Under the pieces are notes generated by a model. It did not search any database, was not told the origin of the DNA, and saw nothing but the letters and a program-made list of their open reading frames with translations. DNA of 64,000 nucleotides, taken from Candidatus Omnitrophota bacterium. GTDB taxonomy: Bacteria; Omnitrophota; Gorgyraeia; Duberdicusellales; 4484-171. Where the stretch lies: NCBI GenBank assembly GCA_016935525.1, contig JAFGQU010000017.1:9559-73558 (forward strand). Reading direction: 5' to 3'. How positions within the stretch are numbered: the stretch's first letter is position 1; every line of letters starts with the position of its first letter. Positions 45,037 to 55,445 of the stretch are shown in pieces. A program made the translations under genes and the position numbers.

Positions 45037-46794
45037 TTAGAAGTAGTATTGGGCTCCCGCCTGCCACCATCGCCCTTGAGCTTTCACATCGGTAAGCTCA
45101 TGATAACCCCGGTTAAAGATGTTCGTACCCTCTAAAAACAGGCTGAAGCCTTCTTTTATCTCTTTGGCAATCCTTACGTCGGTGGTCACATAATTATTTC
45201 GTTGCCGGGGACGGACCAGATGATTGAAGATGTGAATATCGGCAGAAAAAAGAGAAAGGTTCACGCCCGTAGTCAATCTATGTTTGTCATAATCGAAAAG
45301 GTATTTAGAGAAATGGTATTCTTTATCCGCCGAATGCAGATACGTATAGTTGGTGGAAATATTTCTCATAACGGGATTATCGATTTTCCAGATAAAACCG
45401 CACTCGATGCCTTTTGCGGTATTATCCCCGATGTTTCGCGCGCGCCAGGGAGCACCGGCCGCGTTTTTGACCCAATCGATAGTGTCAAAATAGTCTTTTA
45501 AAAATATTCCGGCATGGAACTTCATCTGTCCGGCCGAAACACTTGCCATGATCTCAAAATTATTTATTTTCTCAGGATCTAACGAAGAATCACCGATATT
45601 TGCCGGAGAATTGTAGTAAAGTTCGGTAAAAGAAGGGGTCCGGATGAGCCGGTTATAGATAAAGTCTATCTCGAAGCCTTTTTGCGGTAAGAACCCCAGT
45701 TTAGCGTTCCATTCCATATCTCCCCCGGTCCCTTGAGAATGAATAAACCGGTTACCCGCTTCTATAAAGAAAAAGTCGGAAAAAGCCGGATGTACCCGTA
45801 TCCCGGCAGTTTTACGTATCCGGGAATGGTTGCCGAGTGAAGTGCTGGTAAGTTTTTCTTTGGCGATATCGGTATGGATATCGATAGCGTCGTATAGCGT
45901 AAGGAGCGATTGGCCGCCATACACATAGGTAGTATGCTGGTTTTCGAAAAATGAGGGGTTATGACGGTCAAGTAAAAACCGGTCGTAATGACGGCGGAAA
46001 TAAAGGGCATTATGTAATGTGAACTTTTTTTTCTTTAGTTGATGAGCGAGTTTAAAAAAACGTTGGCCGGTGGTTTCGGCCTGATGCGGAAAACCGGCCG
46101 AATAGAACGTGCTTGCGCCGAAATCTTTTTCCTGATCGGCATAAAGAAAAGATAACTCGTTGTCTTTTTCGCCCAATACGGAATAAAAAGTAAAATTGTA
46201 ATGATCGAAATCGGTATCCTGACGCCCCCCCGATGAAGCTTTATGGTCAACGGAAAGGCGGTTTTTTATTGCATCGTTTCCGAAATTGAACGAAAAGGTC
46301 TGGGTGCCGAGCGCGTGCTGACCGAACGAAGCGCGGAACGCTCCCCCATTCTTATCCGGCCTTTTTATACGGTAATCGACGGTATGAGTTCCTTTATTTA
46401 CTTCTATTTTCTCAATATCATATATCGTAAACGGTATTTCCATACTGAAATGGCCGGTCTGCGGGTCATTGACTCTTATCCCGTCAAGACGGATATCGAC
46501 GTCTTCAAAACTGGAACCACGGATAGAAAGATCCTGTTGCGTTCCGAAAGAGTTTCGGCGTTTTAATTCGATACCGGGCAGGAACCGGACGGCTTCATCG
46601 ACGGAATGTACCGGTAACGATTCGATATACCGTCCGGTAAGCGTGTTTATCGAACGGGATGAAAACTCTTTATAGGTCACCGTGATCGGTTCAAGATCGA
46701 TAGTCTGAGAGAACACGCGTTGAGAAAAAATAAAAATAAATAAACATGTTAAATAAATTTTTCTCATAATCTTCTTTAAGTTTAGAGAAATCAT
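45037..46794 (-). CDS. TonB-dependent outer-membrane receptor (short form)
   Basis: Signal peptide, plug domain (RYIESLPVHSVDEAVRFLPGIEL), beta-barrel and C-terminal aromatic residue (QYYF). Confidence 0.75.
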   Translation of the reverse strand: MISLNLKKIMRKIYLTCLFIFIFSQRVFSQTIDLEPITVTYKEFSSRSINTLTGRYIESLPVHSVDEAVRFLPGIELKRRNSFGTQQDLSIRGSSFEDVDIRLDGIRVNDPQTGHFSMEIPFTIYDIEKIEVNKGTHTVDYRIKRPDKNGGAFRASFGQHALGTQTFSFNFGNDAIKNRLSVDHKASSGGRQDTDFDHYNFTFYSVLGEKDNELSFLYADQEKDFGASTFYSAGFPHQAETTGQRFFKLAHQLKKKKFTLHNALYFRRHYDRFLLDRHNPSFFENQHTTYVYGGQSLLTLYDAIDIHTDIAKEKLTSTSLGNHSRIRKTAGIRVHPAFSDFFFIEAGNRFIHSQGTGGDMEWNAKLGFLPQKGFEIDFIYNRLIRTPSFTELYYNSPANIGDSSLDPEKINNFEIMASVSAGQMKFHAGIFLKDYFDTIDWVKNAAGAPWRARNIGDNTAKGIECGFIWKIDNPVMRNISTNYTYLHSADKEYHFSKYLFDYDKHRLTTGVNLSLFSADIHIFNHLVRPRQRNNYVTTDVRIAKEIKEGFSLFLEGTNIFNRGYHELTDVKAQGRWWQAGAQYYF

Positions 46795-46810
46795 CTACAA
46801 AGATATATTC

Positions 46811-47045
46811 ACCACAGAGATCACGGAGTCCACAGAGAAGATACAGAGGATATTTGGTTTCCTTCATCGTTTCTCGATGGAGCATCTTCGCGAAAACAGC
46901 CGAGACGGAAAATATAATTTTCCGGTTCGATCTGATATTCGCGAAAGACGGCGCTTGCATATTTGAAAGCGCGAAACCAAATATCATGGATCTCGTCGGA
47001 TCTAAAACTCTCATTCTCACTCCGTGCCCTCTGTGTCCTCAGTGG
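46811..47045. repeat. family G (CACAGAG-type units) inverted arms enclosing a ~160-bp core
   Basis: Left accacagagatcacggagtccacagagaagatacagagg. Right ctcactccgtgccctctgtgtcctcagtgg. Confidence 0.65.
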
Positions 47046-47115
47046 TTAAAAATCCTTCTGTTAATATCTTCTTAGAATAATACATATTCGGGAAGTAGAA
47101 ATGTTTTATTTAGAA

Positions 47116-47832
47116 TTATGGATTCTGGTAGGTGAACAATGCTTTCTTAATATTTATTTTACCTTCATAAAACGCTTTTCCGATGATCACTCCGTATACA
47201 AACGGCGCTTCTTTCCGGACCAGCGCGAGGTCTTCCATGCTTCCGATCCCGCCGGAAAGGATATATTCCGGACCGGTAATAGTTTTAAGTTTTTTTACTT
47301 CCTCGATACTGGGGCCGGCCAGTGTCCCGTCTTTGGCAATATCGGTATAGATCACCGTGTTCACTCCTTTTCCGGCAAGGTAGCGGACAAATTCCAGAAA
47401 CGAAACCGTTGAGGCCTCCTGCCATCCTTTGGTGCGGAATATCCCGTCAAGCACATCGACACTGACGGCGACTTTTTCTTTGAATCCGGCTAACAGAGAG
47501 TCCAGGAACGCTTCATCGGTCGCTTGAGTGCCAATAATGACCCGTTTGACTCCCAGATCGATAAGCCGTTCGGCTTTTTCAAACGTACGGATCCCTCCTC
47601 CGGTCTCAAGAGGAATACCGGCGTTGGCAATCGTATGGATTACTTTTTCGTTCTCACCGTCACCGAAAGAAGCGTTGAGATCAACGATATGGATGAGGGA
47701 GGCTCCTTCGTCACGCAATTTCTCGGCCATTCCCAGAGGATCGTCACTGTAGACGATGCATGATTCCTTTTTGCCCTGGTAGAGACGGACGACTTTACCG
47801 TTATAGAGATCTATTGCGGGTATGATCAGCAT
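47116..47832 (-). CDS. hisA: ProFAR isomerase
   Basis: MLIIPAIDLYNGKVVRL ... VDLNASFG ... GGIGSMEDL. 238 aa. Confidence 0.85.
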   Translation of the reverse strand: MLIIPAIDLYNGKVVRLYQGKKESCIVYSDDPLGMAEKLRDEGASLIHIVDLNASFGDGENEKVIHTIANAGIPLETGGGIRTFEKAERLIDLGVKRVIIGTQATDEAFLDSLLAGFKEKVAVSVDVLDGIFRTKGWQEASTVSFLEFVRYLAGKGVNTVIYTDIAKDGTLAGPSIEEVKKLKTITGPEYILSGGIGSMEDLALVRKEAPFVYGVIIGKAFYEGKINIKKALFTYQNP

Positions 47833-47844
47833 ACCGATTGAAAG

Positions 47845-47940
47845 TCACATAGACACATAGTCACATGGTCACACGTTAAAACCCAGAAAACATTATTTCT
47901 TTCCCCCGCGTGTGACGTGTGTCGTGTGACGTGTGACATG
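47845..47940. repeat. family A solo hairpin between hisB and hisA
   Basis: agtcacatagacacatagtcacatggtcacacgt, loop 33 nt, gtgtgacgtgtgtcgtgtgacgtgtgacatgt. Confidence 0.8.
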
Positions 47941-47943
47941 TAA

Positions 47944-48594
47944 TTAGTCTATTATTCCCTTTGTGGACGGAATCCCCTGCCGGCGCGGGTCGATCTGAGT
48001 AGCTTGATCTAAGGCTTTCCCCATCGCTTTAAATAAAGCTTCAAGAAGATGATGGAGATCTCCTTGAATGGATTTTATGATGTACACCAGGCTTATTCCC
48101 GCGTGGTTTACAAATCCTTCCAGAAATTCTTCGGTATCTCTAAACGTGAAGTTTGTATTATCAAATTTACCTTCAAGTATATCAGGCCCAACTTTAATGT
48201 AAGACCCTTCCGTTGCATCATAGGACTGAGGTCCTGTCGGAACATATGTTTCTCTATGCAACGAAGGCCGGCCGCTGATATCAACGTTGGCCTCGACAAC
48301 TACCTTATCCATAGTCGCCGAAAACGAACCGTACCGGTTGATACCGGATTTATCGCCCAAGGCTTCTTTAAAGGCTTTACCTAACGCGATACCGATATCT
48401 TCGATAATATGATGAGGAAGATCTCCCGCTGCTTCCAACTTTAAATCAAAAAGGCCGTGAAAGGCAAAAAGAGTGAGCAGATGGTCCAGAGGATCAAATC
48501 CGGTTTTTATATCGGTCTTACCCTGGCCGTCAATAATCAATTCGCCTTTAATGTCAACTTCATTCGTTTTACGCATAATATGAGCTTTTCTCAT
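47944..48594 (-). CDS. hisB: imidazoleglycerol-phosphate dehydratase
   Basis: RKTNEVDIK ... DPLDHLL ... HHIIEDIGIALG IGPD motifs. Confidence 0.85.
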   Translation of the reverse strand: MRKAHIMRKTNEVDIKGELIIDGQGKTDIKTGFDPLDHLLTLFAFHGLFDLKLEAAGDLPHHIIEDIGIALGKAFKEALGDKSGINRYGSFSATMDKVVVEANVDISGRPSLHRETYVPTGPQSYDATEGSYIKVGPDILEGKFDNTNFTFRDTEEFLEGFVNHAGISLVYIIKSIQGDLHHLLEALFKAMGKALDQATQIDPRRQGIPSTKGIID

Positions 48595-48602
48595 TTCTCT
48601 CC

Positions 48603-48688
48603 TCGCAAGTCACATAGTCACAAGGTCACATAGTCACACGTAGGAAAGGGAATCTTACGTGTGTCGTGTGACGTGTGTCGTGTGACTC
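48603..48688. repeat. family A solo hairpin between hisD and hisB
   Basis: agtcacatagtcacaaggtcacatagtcacacgt, loop 15 nt, acgtgtgtcgtgtgacgtgtgtcgtgtgactc. Confidence 0.8.
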
Positions 48689-48689
48689 A

Positions 48690-49907
48690 TTACTTTATTC
48701 TCTTCTTTACACTTTCTAAATGTTTAACCATTCCCTCAAGTGTCACGATCTTTTCCAACGCGTCATATTCTTCGATCAACGCCTTCTTGGTATAAGAGAT
48801 CACGTGGATCTCTTTTAAGAATTCACGGACCGAAAGGCCCGAGAAAAAACGCGCGGTACTTTGAGTAGGGAGCACGTGGCTTGGCCCGGCGACATAATCT
48901 CCCAGGCAGACCGGTGAATTTTCTCCTAAAAATATCGCGCCGGCGTTCTTTATTTTCTTTAAAAGTTCCGCGGGTTTCCGGGTAAGTATCTCTACATGTT
49001 CGGGGGCGATACGGTTTACCACCTCACAGGCGTCGTCAAGGTTTCTTACCCTGATCACGAACCCGTTAAGGCGTTTTTTACGTAATTCGTTAGCTATCTT
49101 TTTGGAATTAGTCACGACAATGCCTAATCCGCCCCGGTGTTCGGTCTGGGCTTCAAGGTCCGCGTTGATATATTCAAGGTTCGCTCCTTTTGAAGCAATG
49201 ATCACGATTTCCGAAGGGCCGGCAAGCAGGTCGATCGCGGCCTTACCGAATACCTGGCGTTTAGCTTCGGTGACGAATTCATTGCCCGGGCCGATGATCT
49301 TATCGACTTTTTTTATCGTTTTAGTGCCGTAGGCAAGCGCGGCGATAGCCTGGGCTCCGCCGATCTTATATATCTCTTTTATTTTTAACATCGAGGCGAC
49401 CGCGAGAATAAACGGATTAATAGTCTTATGCTGGTTAGGCGGAGAGACCAGAACGATCTCTTTCACTCCGGCGACGATCGCCGGTATTGCCGACATATAT
49501 ACACTGGATACCAGCGGGAATTCTCCCGCCGGAACGTATATACCGATACGTTCTATCGGAGTATATATCGAGGAAAGCATTTTCCCGTTTTCTTCTTTTA
49601 ATTTGACCGGCCGCGGCAGATGAGCTTTATAGAATTTGGTCACGTTGTCAATCGCGACTTTGATACTTGAGATGATCGCCGAATTCAGGTCGTTGAAGGA
49701 CGCGCTGATCTCCGATTCGGTCACGGTAAGTTCTTTTATTTTTAATCTCACCTTATCGAAACGCCGAGTATACTCGATAAGGGCATCGTCCTGGCGTTCT
49801 TTTACGTTACGCAGGATCTTCGTCACTTTATCCTCGACCGTGCGGCGGCGGTTACGTTTGTTGTAAAGCAATTTTTCCAGATTATTGAGGTTTCTCAGTA
49901 CCCGCAT
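48690..49907 (-). CDS. hisD: histidinol dehydrogenase
   Basis: GGAQAIAALAYGT ... IDLLAGPSEIVIIA ... EAQTEH motifs. Confidence 0.85.
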   Translation of the reverse strand: MRVLRNLNNLEKLLYNKRNRRRTVEDKVTKILRNVKERQDDALIEYTRRFDKVRLKIKELTVTESEISASFNDLNSAIISSIKVAIDNVTKFYKAHLPRPVKLKEENGKMLSSIYTPIERIGIYVPAGEFPLVSSVYMSAIPAIVAGVKEIVLVSPPNQHKTINPFILAVASMLKIKEIYKIGGAQAIAALAYGTKTIKKVDKIIGPGNEFVTEAKRQVFGKAAIDLLAGPSEIVIIASKGANLEYINADLEAQTEHRGGLGIVVTNSKKIANELRKKRLNGFVIRVRNLDDACEVVNRIAPEHVEILTRKPAELLKKIKNAGAIFLGENSPVCLGDYVAGPSHVLPTQSTARFFSGLSVREFLKEIHVISYTKKALIEEYDALEKIVTLEGMVKHLESVKKRIK

Positions 49908-52531
49908 TGTTCAAACCATTCTTTTATACAGCCATACAGTTTTTGTTTGAATTCGTCCCGGTCTTTCATCTGGGTGACCACTCCCTGGCAGAGCGCCGGC
50001 CTCCCTCCCCCGCGTAAAAAAAGCGTATCTTTATATGTTTCAATAAATTTTTTACAGGAAAAACCCTTTTTTTCAAGCGTATCCCCGCAGGCGGCGACAA
50101 AGGCAACTCCTTGCGATGAAGAAGAAATAAGGAAGATGAACACATCGGCCATCTTTTTACGGATCACATCGCTTAGATGAAGAAGCTGGTTTGCCCCTTT
50201 GTCCTGAAAATTGACGACAACCACATTCGACTTCCCCGCCGGTTTCAATCCCGACCTGATGATCTCATCAACGTTTGAGGCCAAGGATTCTTTTTCAAGA
50301 TTATCGATCATATCGGATTTCTGTTTCAAGTCCGCCTGTAACACTGTAATCCGCGCCGGAAGGGAAGCTTCACCAGTCTTTAACTCCTGGGAAAGTTCGT
50401 TCACCAAATCGCGATAGGAGGTAAACTTTTCATAGGCCAATTTCCCCACCAACGCTTCGATGCGGCGGATACCGCTGGCTACCGAGCTTTCCGAACATAC
50501 ACAGAGGCTGCCGATCTGGGAAGTATTATCCAGATGCGTACCGCCGCATAATTCTTTACTGTAATCGGCGATAGTCACTACCCGCACGAAATTACTGTAT
50601 TTTTCTTCGAAAAAGGCTAACGCTTTTTCCTGTTTGGCGTCTTCATAACTCATCACTTTTTTTTCGACCGGAGTATTCAGCAGGATATAGTCGTTCACGA
50701 TTTCTTCAATACGTTTCAGTTCTTCCCGGGTAACTCCCTTAAAATGGGTAAAATCGAACCGAAACCGGTCGACATCGACTAAAGAACCCTGTTGAGTGAC
50801 ATGAGTGCCTAATACCTGCCGTAACGCGGCCTGAAGAAGATGGGTCGCGGTATGGGCCCGCATCAATCCCCGGCGGCGTTCCGTGTCGATACGAGCGTAA
50901 CCTGAGCCTTTAATGACCTTTCCGTCAATGACTTTACCGAAATGAACGATCGTTTCATTGAATTTCTTGACCATATCTACCTTGAATTTCCCGGATGAGG
51001 TTTCAATCAGACCGGCGTCGGTAAGCTGTCCTCCCGATTCCGGGTAAAACGGTGTTTTATCCAACACGATGGCGCCGTCTTGAGTAGTGAGTTCGGATAC
51101 TTCGTTTTTACCTTCCAAAATCATCACTATCTCCACCGGCGCGCTTTCGGTATCATAACCGACAAATTCGGTCTTTATATCAAACTGTAAATCTTCCTGA
51201 GCGAATATGGTACCTTCAAACATGCTCCGGCCCCGTGAAGATTCTTTTTGTTGTTCGAGTAATCCGTAAAATTCGGTCTCCTCCAAAGAATGGCCGGTAC
51301 GACCGGCGAGGTCTTTTATCAACTCCAGAGGAAACCCGTAGGTGTCATACAGTTTGAATATCTCCTCTCCCTTAAGCAGTGTTCTCTGTTCTTTCCCGGC
51401 TTTCTCGATGATCACCTGGAATTGGGATTTACCGGTTTCTACCGTCTTTAAAAACTTTTCTTCTTCAGCCAATATTACGCTGGAAATATCCTCTTTTTTA
51501 TCCCAGATCTCAGGGTAAGGGACCCTCATCAATTCGGCATATATCGGAACAAGCCGGTACAGGAACGGACTTTTTTTACCCATAAGATACCCATGATAGA
51601 GGCCTTTACGGATAAGTTTACGCACGATATATCCCCGTTCTTCGTTTGAAGGGAATACCCCGTCGGCAATACAAAACACAGAAGCCCGGGCATGGTCGAC
51701 GATCGCATTGATCAGGCGGCGGGGATCATTATCCGACGATTTCTTTTTGCTCATTGTCTTTTGCACGAACTCTACGGCCGGCAAAAGGATGTCGATATCG
51801 AAATTCGAGTCTTTCCGCTGTAATACCGAAACCATCCGTTCCAGGCCCATTCCGGTATCGATATTCTGTTGACCTAAAGGATCGAGCTGATTGACTCCTA
51901 CCCGGTTGAATTGAGTGAACACCAGGTTCCAGATCTCGACAAACCTCCCGCAATCACAGGCCGGGCTGCAGTTACTCTTTCCGCAGCCGATATGGCTTCC
52001 TTTATCGAAGAATATCTCCGAACAGGGCCCGCACGGGCCGTTGGGGCCGTCGGCAGGAGCGTTTGCCGGCCAGAAATTATGTTTAGCGCCCAGGCGCACG
52101 ATCTTCTGTTGAGGGATACCGATCTTGTCTTTCCAATAGGTATAAGCTTCGTCATCATCCTGGTATACCGAGACCCACAGCACGTCTTCTTTGATATTTA
52201 ACTCTTTGATCAGAAATTCCCAGGCGAATTCGATCGCTTCTTTTTTAAAATAATCACCAAACGAGAAATTCCCCAGCATCTCAAAAAAAGTATGGTGAAA
52301 CGCGGTCTTCCCCACTTCATCAAGGTCTCCGGTCCTTAAACATTTCTGACAGCTCGTCGCCCGCAGGACATCTTTTTTCTCGCCTAAAAAGTAAGGTTTA
52401 AACTGGTTCATCCCGGCTGAAGTGAACAGTACGGTAGGGTCAAGCGGGACAAGAGAATCCGACGGGAACAGGCTATGCTGTTTATTTTGAAAAAATTGTA
52501 AAAAACGGGCACGTAGATCGTCAGTCTTCAT
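49895..52531 (-). CDS. alaS: alanine--tRNA ligase
   Basis: 878 aa. Class II motifs, an HTATHLL editing motif and CGGTH. Confidence 0.95.
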   Translation of the reverse strand: MKTDDLRARFLQFFQNKQHSLFPSDSLVPLDPTVLFTSAGMNQFKPYFLGEKKDVLRATSCQKCLRTGDLDEVGKTAFHHTFFEMLGNFSFGDYFKKEAIEFAWEFLIKELNIKEDVLWVSVYQDDDEAYTYWKDKIGIPQQKIVRLGAKHNFWPANAPADGPNGPCGPCSEIFFDKGSHIGCGKSNCSPACDCGRFVEIWNLVFTQFNRVGVNQLDPLGQQNIDTGMGLERMVSVLQRKDSNFDIDILLPAVEFVQKTMSKKKSSDNDPRRLINAIVDHARASVFCIADGVFPSNEERGYIVRKLIRKGLYHGYLMGKKSPFLYRLVPIYAELMRVPYPEIWDKKEDISSVILAEEEKFLKTVETGKSQFQVIIEKAGKEQRTLLKGEEIFKLYDTYGFPLELIKDLAGRTGHSLEETEFYGLLEQQKESSRGRSMFEGTIFAQEDLQFDIKTEFVGYDTESAPVEIVMILEGKNEVSELTTQDGAIVLDKTPFYPESGGQLTDAGLIETSSGKFKVDMVKKFNETIVHFGKVIDGKVIKGSGYARIDTERRRGLMRAHTATHLLQAALRQVLGTHVTQQGSLVDVDRFRFDFTHFKGVTREELKRIEEIVNDYILLNTPVEKKVMSYEDAKQEKALAFFEEKYSNFVRVVTIADYSKELCGGTHLDNTSQIGSLCVCSESSVASGIRRIEALVGKLAYEKFTSYRDLVNELSQELKTGEASLPARITVLQADLKQKSDMIDNLEKESLASNVDEIIRSGLKPAGKSNVVVVNFQDKGANQLLHLSDVIRKKMADVFIFLISSSSQGVAFVAACGDTLEKKGFSCKKFIETYKDTLFLRGGGRPALCQGVVTQMKDRDEFKQKLYGCIKEWFEQCGY

Positions 52532-52958
52532 CGGTCAATCCTTGCATGATATCTTCATACTGAAAACCCCGCTGGACAAGATAACGCATGATCGCTCTCG
52601 GTGTTTTATCGCGGCATTTTTTTTCAATAAGTGTTTTAATCATATCGGTTTTATCGAATTCACCCCGGGCGGCGGTCACCGCCTGGCGTATCGTCTCATG
52701 ATCAATACCGAATCTTTTCAGTTCAAAGGCGACTTTACGCTCTCCGAACGCGTCCCGGAATTTCTGGCGGGCATAAAGGAAAGCGAAATCACGGTCATTC
52801 ACATAACGATTCTCGACCAGATATTCGACCGTCTTTTCAACGACGCTCTTAGAAAACTTTTTCCGCCGCAAGCGAGTCTTCAGCTCAAATGTCGTGCGGT
52901 CCCGGTATTTTAAAAGAAGAAACGAATATTGTAAGGCTTTCTTATACTCTTCCTGCAA
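52521..52958 (-). CDS. recX: recombination regulator RecX
   Basis: 145 aa helical-repeat protein in the recA neighbourhood. Overlaps alaS by 11 nt. Confidence 0.8.
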   Translation of the reverse strand: MQEEYKKALQYSFLLLKYRDRTTFELKTRLRRKKFSKSVVEKTVEYLVENRYVNDRDFAFLYARQKFRDAFGERKVAFELKRFGIDHETIRQAVTAARGEFDKTDMIKTLIEKKCRDKTPRAIMRYLVQRGFQYEDIMQGLTDED

Positions 52959-54386
52959 TTACTTATTTTCTTCTTCTCGTATGACTACGTAACCTTTATT
53001 CGTCTTGATCAGGCAACTCCCCTTTACCCTGGAAGTCACACTTTCGAAATCTCTTTTATTTTTGATGGGTTTACCTTCGATGTTCACGATAACATCTCCT
53101 GTTTCTAACCCGCCTCTATCGGCCGGGGAATCCGGCTGGATAAAGGACACGACAACCCCTTCTTTTTCCTGGATCATGAACCTTTGCTGCGCGTAAGGAG
53201 TGATCTCTTCTACCTGCATCCCGCGGAACGAAGATTTTTGCGTACCGGAAGGGTTTTCTTCTTCGCGAGTGGAATCCGGCCGGACGCCGATTTTTACCCG
53301 TACGGTCATCTCTTTCCCTGCGCGAAGTATTTTTACCGGGATTTTTTCACCGACCGGGGTCGCGGTCACGATCCGCACAAGATCCCGGGTCGTCTTTATA
53401 TCCTGATCATTATATCCTAAAATAAGGTCGCCTTCTTTGATCCCGGCTTTCTCTGAAGGTGAATCACTGAACACTTTCACGACAATGACTCCGGTGCTTT
53501 CTTTTATCCCGAAATAACTCCGCAGGTCATCATTAAGGTCCTGGATATTTACGCCCAGCCAGCCATAAGAAATAGTCTCCCCGCGGATCAGTTTTTTGAG
53601 AATATTTTTCACCTGATCGACCGGGATCGCAAATCCCAGCCCCTGATATCCGCCGGTCGTCGTAATGATCGCCGTATTGATACCGATGATCTTTCCTTCC
53701 AGATTCACCAGCGGCCCGCCGCTATTACCGGGATTGATCGCCGCGTCGGTCTGAATAAGGTCGTCGTAAGAGCGATCACGACGCCCAAGAGCCGGCAGAA
53801 AACGATGTAACGCGCTGATGACCCCCACGGTAACAGTAGGTTCGGGATTATTGATCGCAAACCCAAACGGGTTACCTACCGCAACGACCCATTGCCCTAT
53901 CTTTAAATCAACCGAATCTCCCAGCGGTGCCACCGGCAGATCCCGGGCATCGATCTTGATCACGGCCAGGTCCGAACGGGGATCGCTCCCTTTTACTTCG
54001 GCAGCGAATTCTCTGCCGTCAGAAAGCTTCACTTTTATATCGCTGGCTCCGGCAATAACATGTTCATTAGTAAGAATATACCCGTCGTTATTGATGATCA
54101 CTCCGCTGCCTAACCCTGTCCGCTGGAATTCTTTCTGCGGTATTTCTCCGAAAAATTCATCGAAAAACCTGCGGAACGTATCATCTTCCATACTGCCGAA
54201 CGGAGCGTTGAAATAGACGCCGCCGGCTTTTTCTTTAATGACCGCGCTGATCGATACGACCGCCGGGCCGACCTGGGTCGCGACTTTTATCGTCGCGTTC
54301 TCCAGATCCTTATACCCCTGGCCGTAGCCGCATAAAGCGAACATGCTGCATATGATACACACAGACACTATAGCGGTTATTCTCAT
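52959..54386 (-). CDS. htrA: periplasmic serine endoprotease DegP/HtrA (trypsin-like domain plus 2 PDZ)
   Basis: GSGVIINNDGYILTNEHV and GNSGGPLVN catalytic-triad motifs and a signal peptide. Confidence 0.9.
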   Translation of the reverse strand: MRITAIVSVCIICSMFALCGYGQGYKDLENATIKVATQVGPAVVSISAVIKEKAGGVYFNAPFGSMEDDTFRRFFDEFFGEIPQKEFQRTGLGSGVIINNDGYILTNEHVIAGASDIKVKLSDGREFAAEVKGSDPRSDLAVIKIDARDLPVAPLGDSVDLKIGQWVVAVGNPFGFAINNPEPTVTVGVISALHRFLPALGRRDRSYDDLIQTDAAINPGNSGGPLVNLEGKIIGINTAIITTTGGYQGLGFAIPVDQVKNILKKLIRGETISYGWLGVNIQDLNDDLRSYFGIKESTGVIVVKVFSDSPSEKAGIKEGDLILGYNDQDIKTTRDLVRIVTATPVGEKIPVKILRAGKEMTVRVKIGVRPDSTREEENPSGTQKSSFRGMQVEEITPYAQQRFMIQEKEGVVVSFIQPDSPADRGGLETGDVIVNIEGKPIKNKRDFESVTSRVKGSCLIKTNKGYVVIREEENK

Positions 54387-54392
54387 CCTCCA

Positions 54393-55409
54393 TCACCCCC
54401 CGATTGCAATTCCGGTTTTTAAGGCTTCCTCGATATTCGCACGTAATTGGGCGTCAGTCTTCAAGAGATCTCTTAGTTGTTCGCGGCCCTGGCTGATATT
54501 TTTATCTTTGAATGAAAACCAACTTCCCGATTTTTTCAATATCCCGTTATCTATCGCCGCATCGATCAAAGCTCCGGTCTTAGATACTCCTTCGTTATAC
54601 AGGATCTCAAATACCGTTTCTTTAAAAGGCGGAGCGACTTTGTTCTTTACGATCTTCGCTTTTACCTGATTACCTACCACTTTGCCGTCGGCTGAGGTGA
54701 TCACCGCTTTACGGCGTAGATCTATCCGTACCGACGAATAGAATTTAAGCGCCCGGCCCCCGGGAGTCGTCTCCGGATTTCCGAACATCACCCCGATCTT
54801 TTCACGGATCTGGTTAATAAACGCGACACAAGTCTTTGATTTACTTATTGCCGCGGTAAGTTTACGTAATGCCTGACTCATCAGCCGGGCCTGAAGGCCG
54901 ATCCGGGCATCGCCCATCTCTCCTTCGATTTCAGCTCGGGGGGTGAGCGCGGCTACCGAATCGACCACAATAAGGTCGACCGCGTTACTCCGTACGAGGG
55001 TCTCGACGATCTCTAACGCCTGTTCACCGGTATCCGGTTGAGATACAAGCAGATCATCAAGGTTCACTCCGATCATTTTTGCGTACGTAGGGTCGAACGC
55101 GTGTTCGGCATCGATAAACGCAGCTACCCCGCCGGTCTTTTGCGCCTCGGCAATGATGCTCAAAGTAAGGGTAGTCTTTCCTGAAGATTCCGGGCCGAAT
55201 ATCTCGATTACCCGGCCGCGAGGGATCCCCCCTACGCCTAAGATAACATCCAGAGAAAATATCCCGGTAGGGATCGCGGCGACATCGAGGTGCATACTGT
55301 CCCCTAACCGCATGATCGCTCCTTTACCGAATTGTTTTTCGATCTGGCCTAACGCTAAATCCAACGCTTTTGCTTTGTTTTGTGTCGGAGAAGATTTCGC
55401 TTTTTGCAT
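54393..55409 (-). CDS. recA: recombinase RecA
   Basis: GPESSGKTT Walker [15 protein letters not shown] and the L2 loop. Confidence 0.95.
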   Translation of the reverse strand: MQKAKSSPTQNKAKALDLALGQIEKQFGKGAIMRLGDSMHLDVAAIPTGIFSLDVILGVGGIPRGRVIEIFGPESSGKTTLTLSIIAEAQKTGGVAAFIDAEHAFDPTYAKMIGVNLDDLLVSQPDTGEQALEIVETLVRSNAVDLIVVDSVAALTPRAEIEGEMGDARIGLQARLMSQALRKLTAAISKSKTCVAFINQIREKIGVMFGNPETTPGGRALKFYSSVRIDLRRKAVITSADGKVVGNQVKAKIVKNKVAPPFKETVFEILYNEGVSKTGALIDAAIDNGILKKSGSWFSFKDKNISQGREQLRDLLKTDAQLRANIEEALKTGIAIGG

Positions 55410-55445
55410 ATATGACCTCCTATTTTTTTAAGTGTTCAGTCTTTA

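Noticed and set aside
46691-47075. The 109-aa minus ORF and 73-aa plus ORF in the hisA-TonB receptor spacer as protein genes.
   Set aside because: Both lie within a family-G hairpin cassette. Only a ~20-aa segment shows similarity to the second cassette copy. This is kept as a finding, not as a called CDS.
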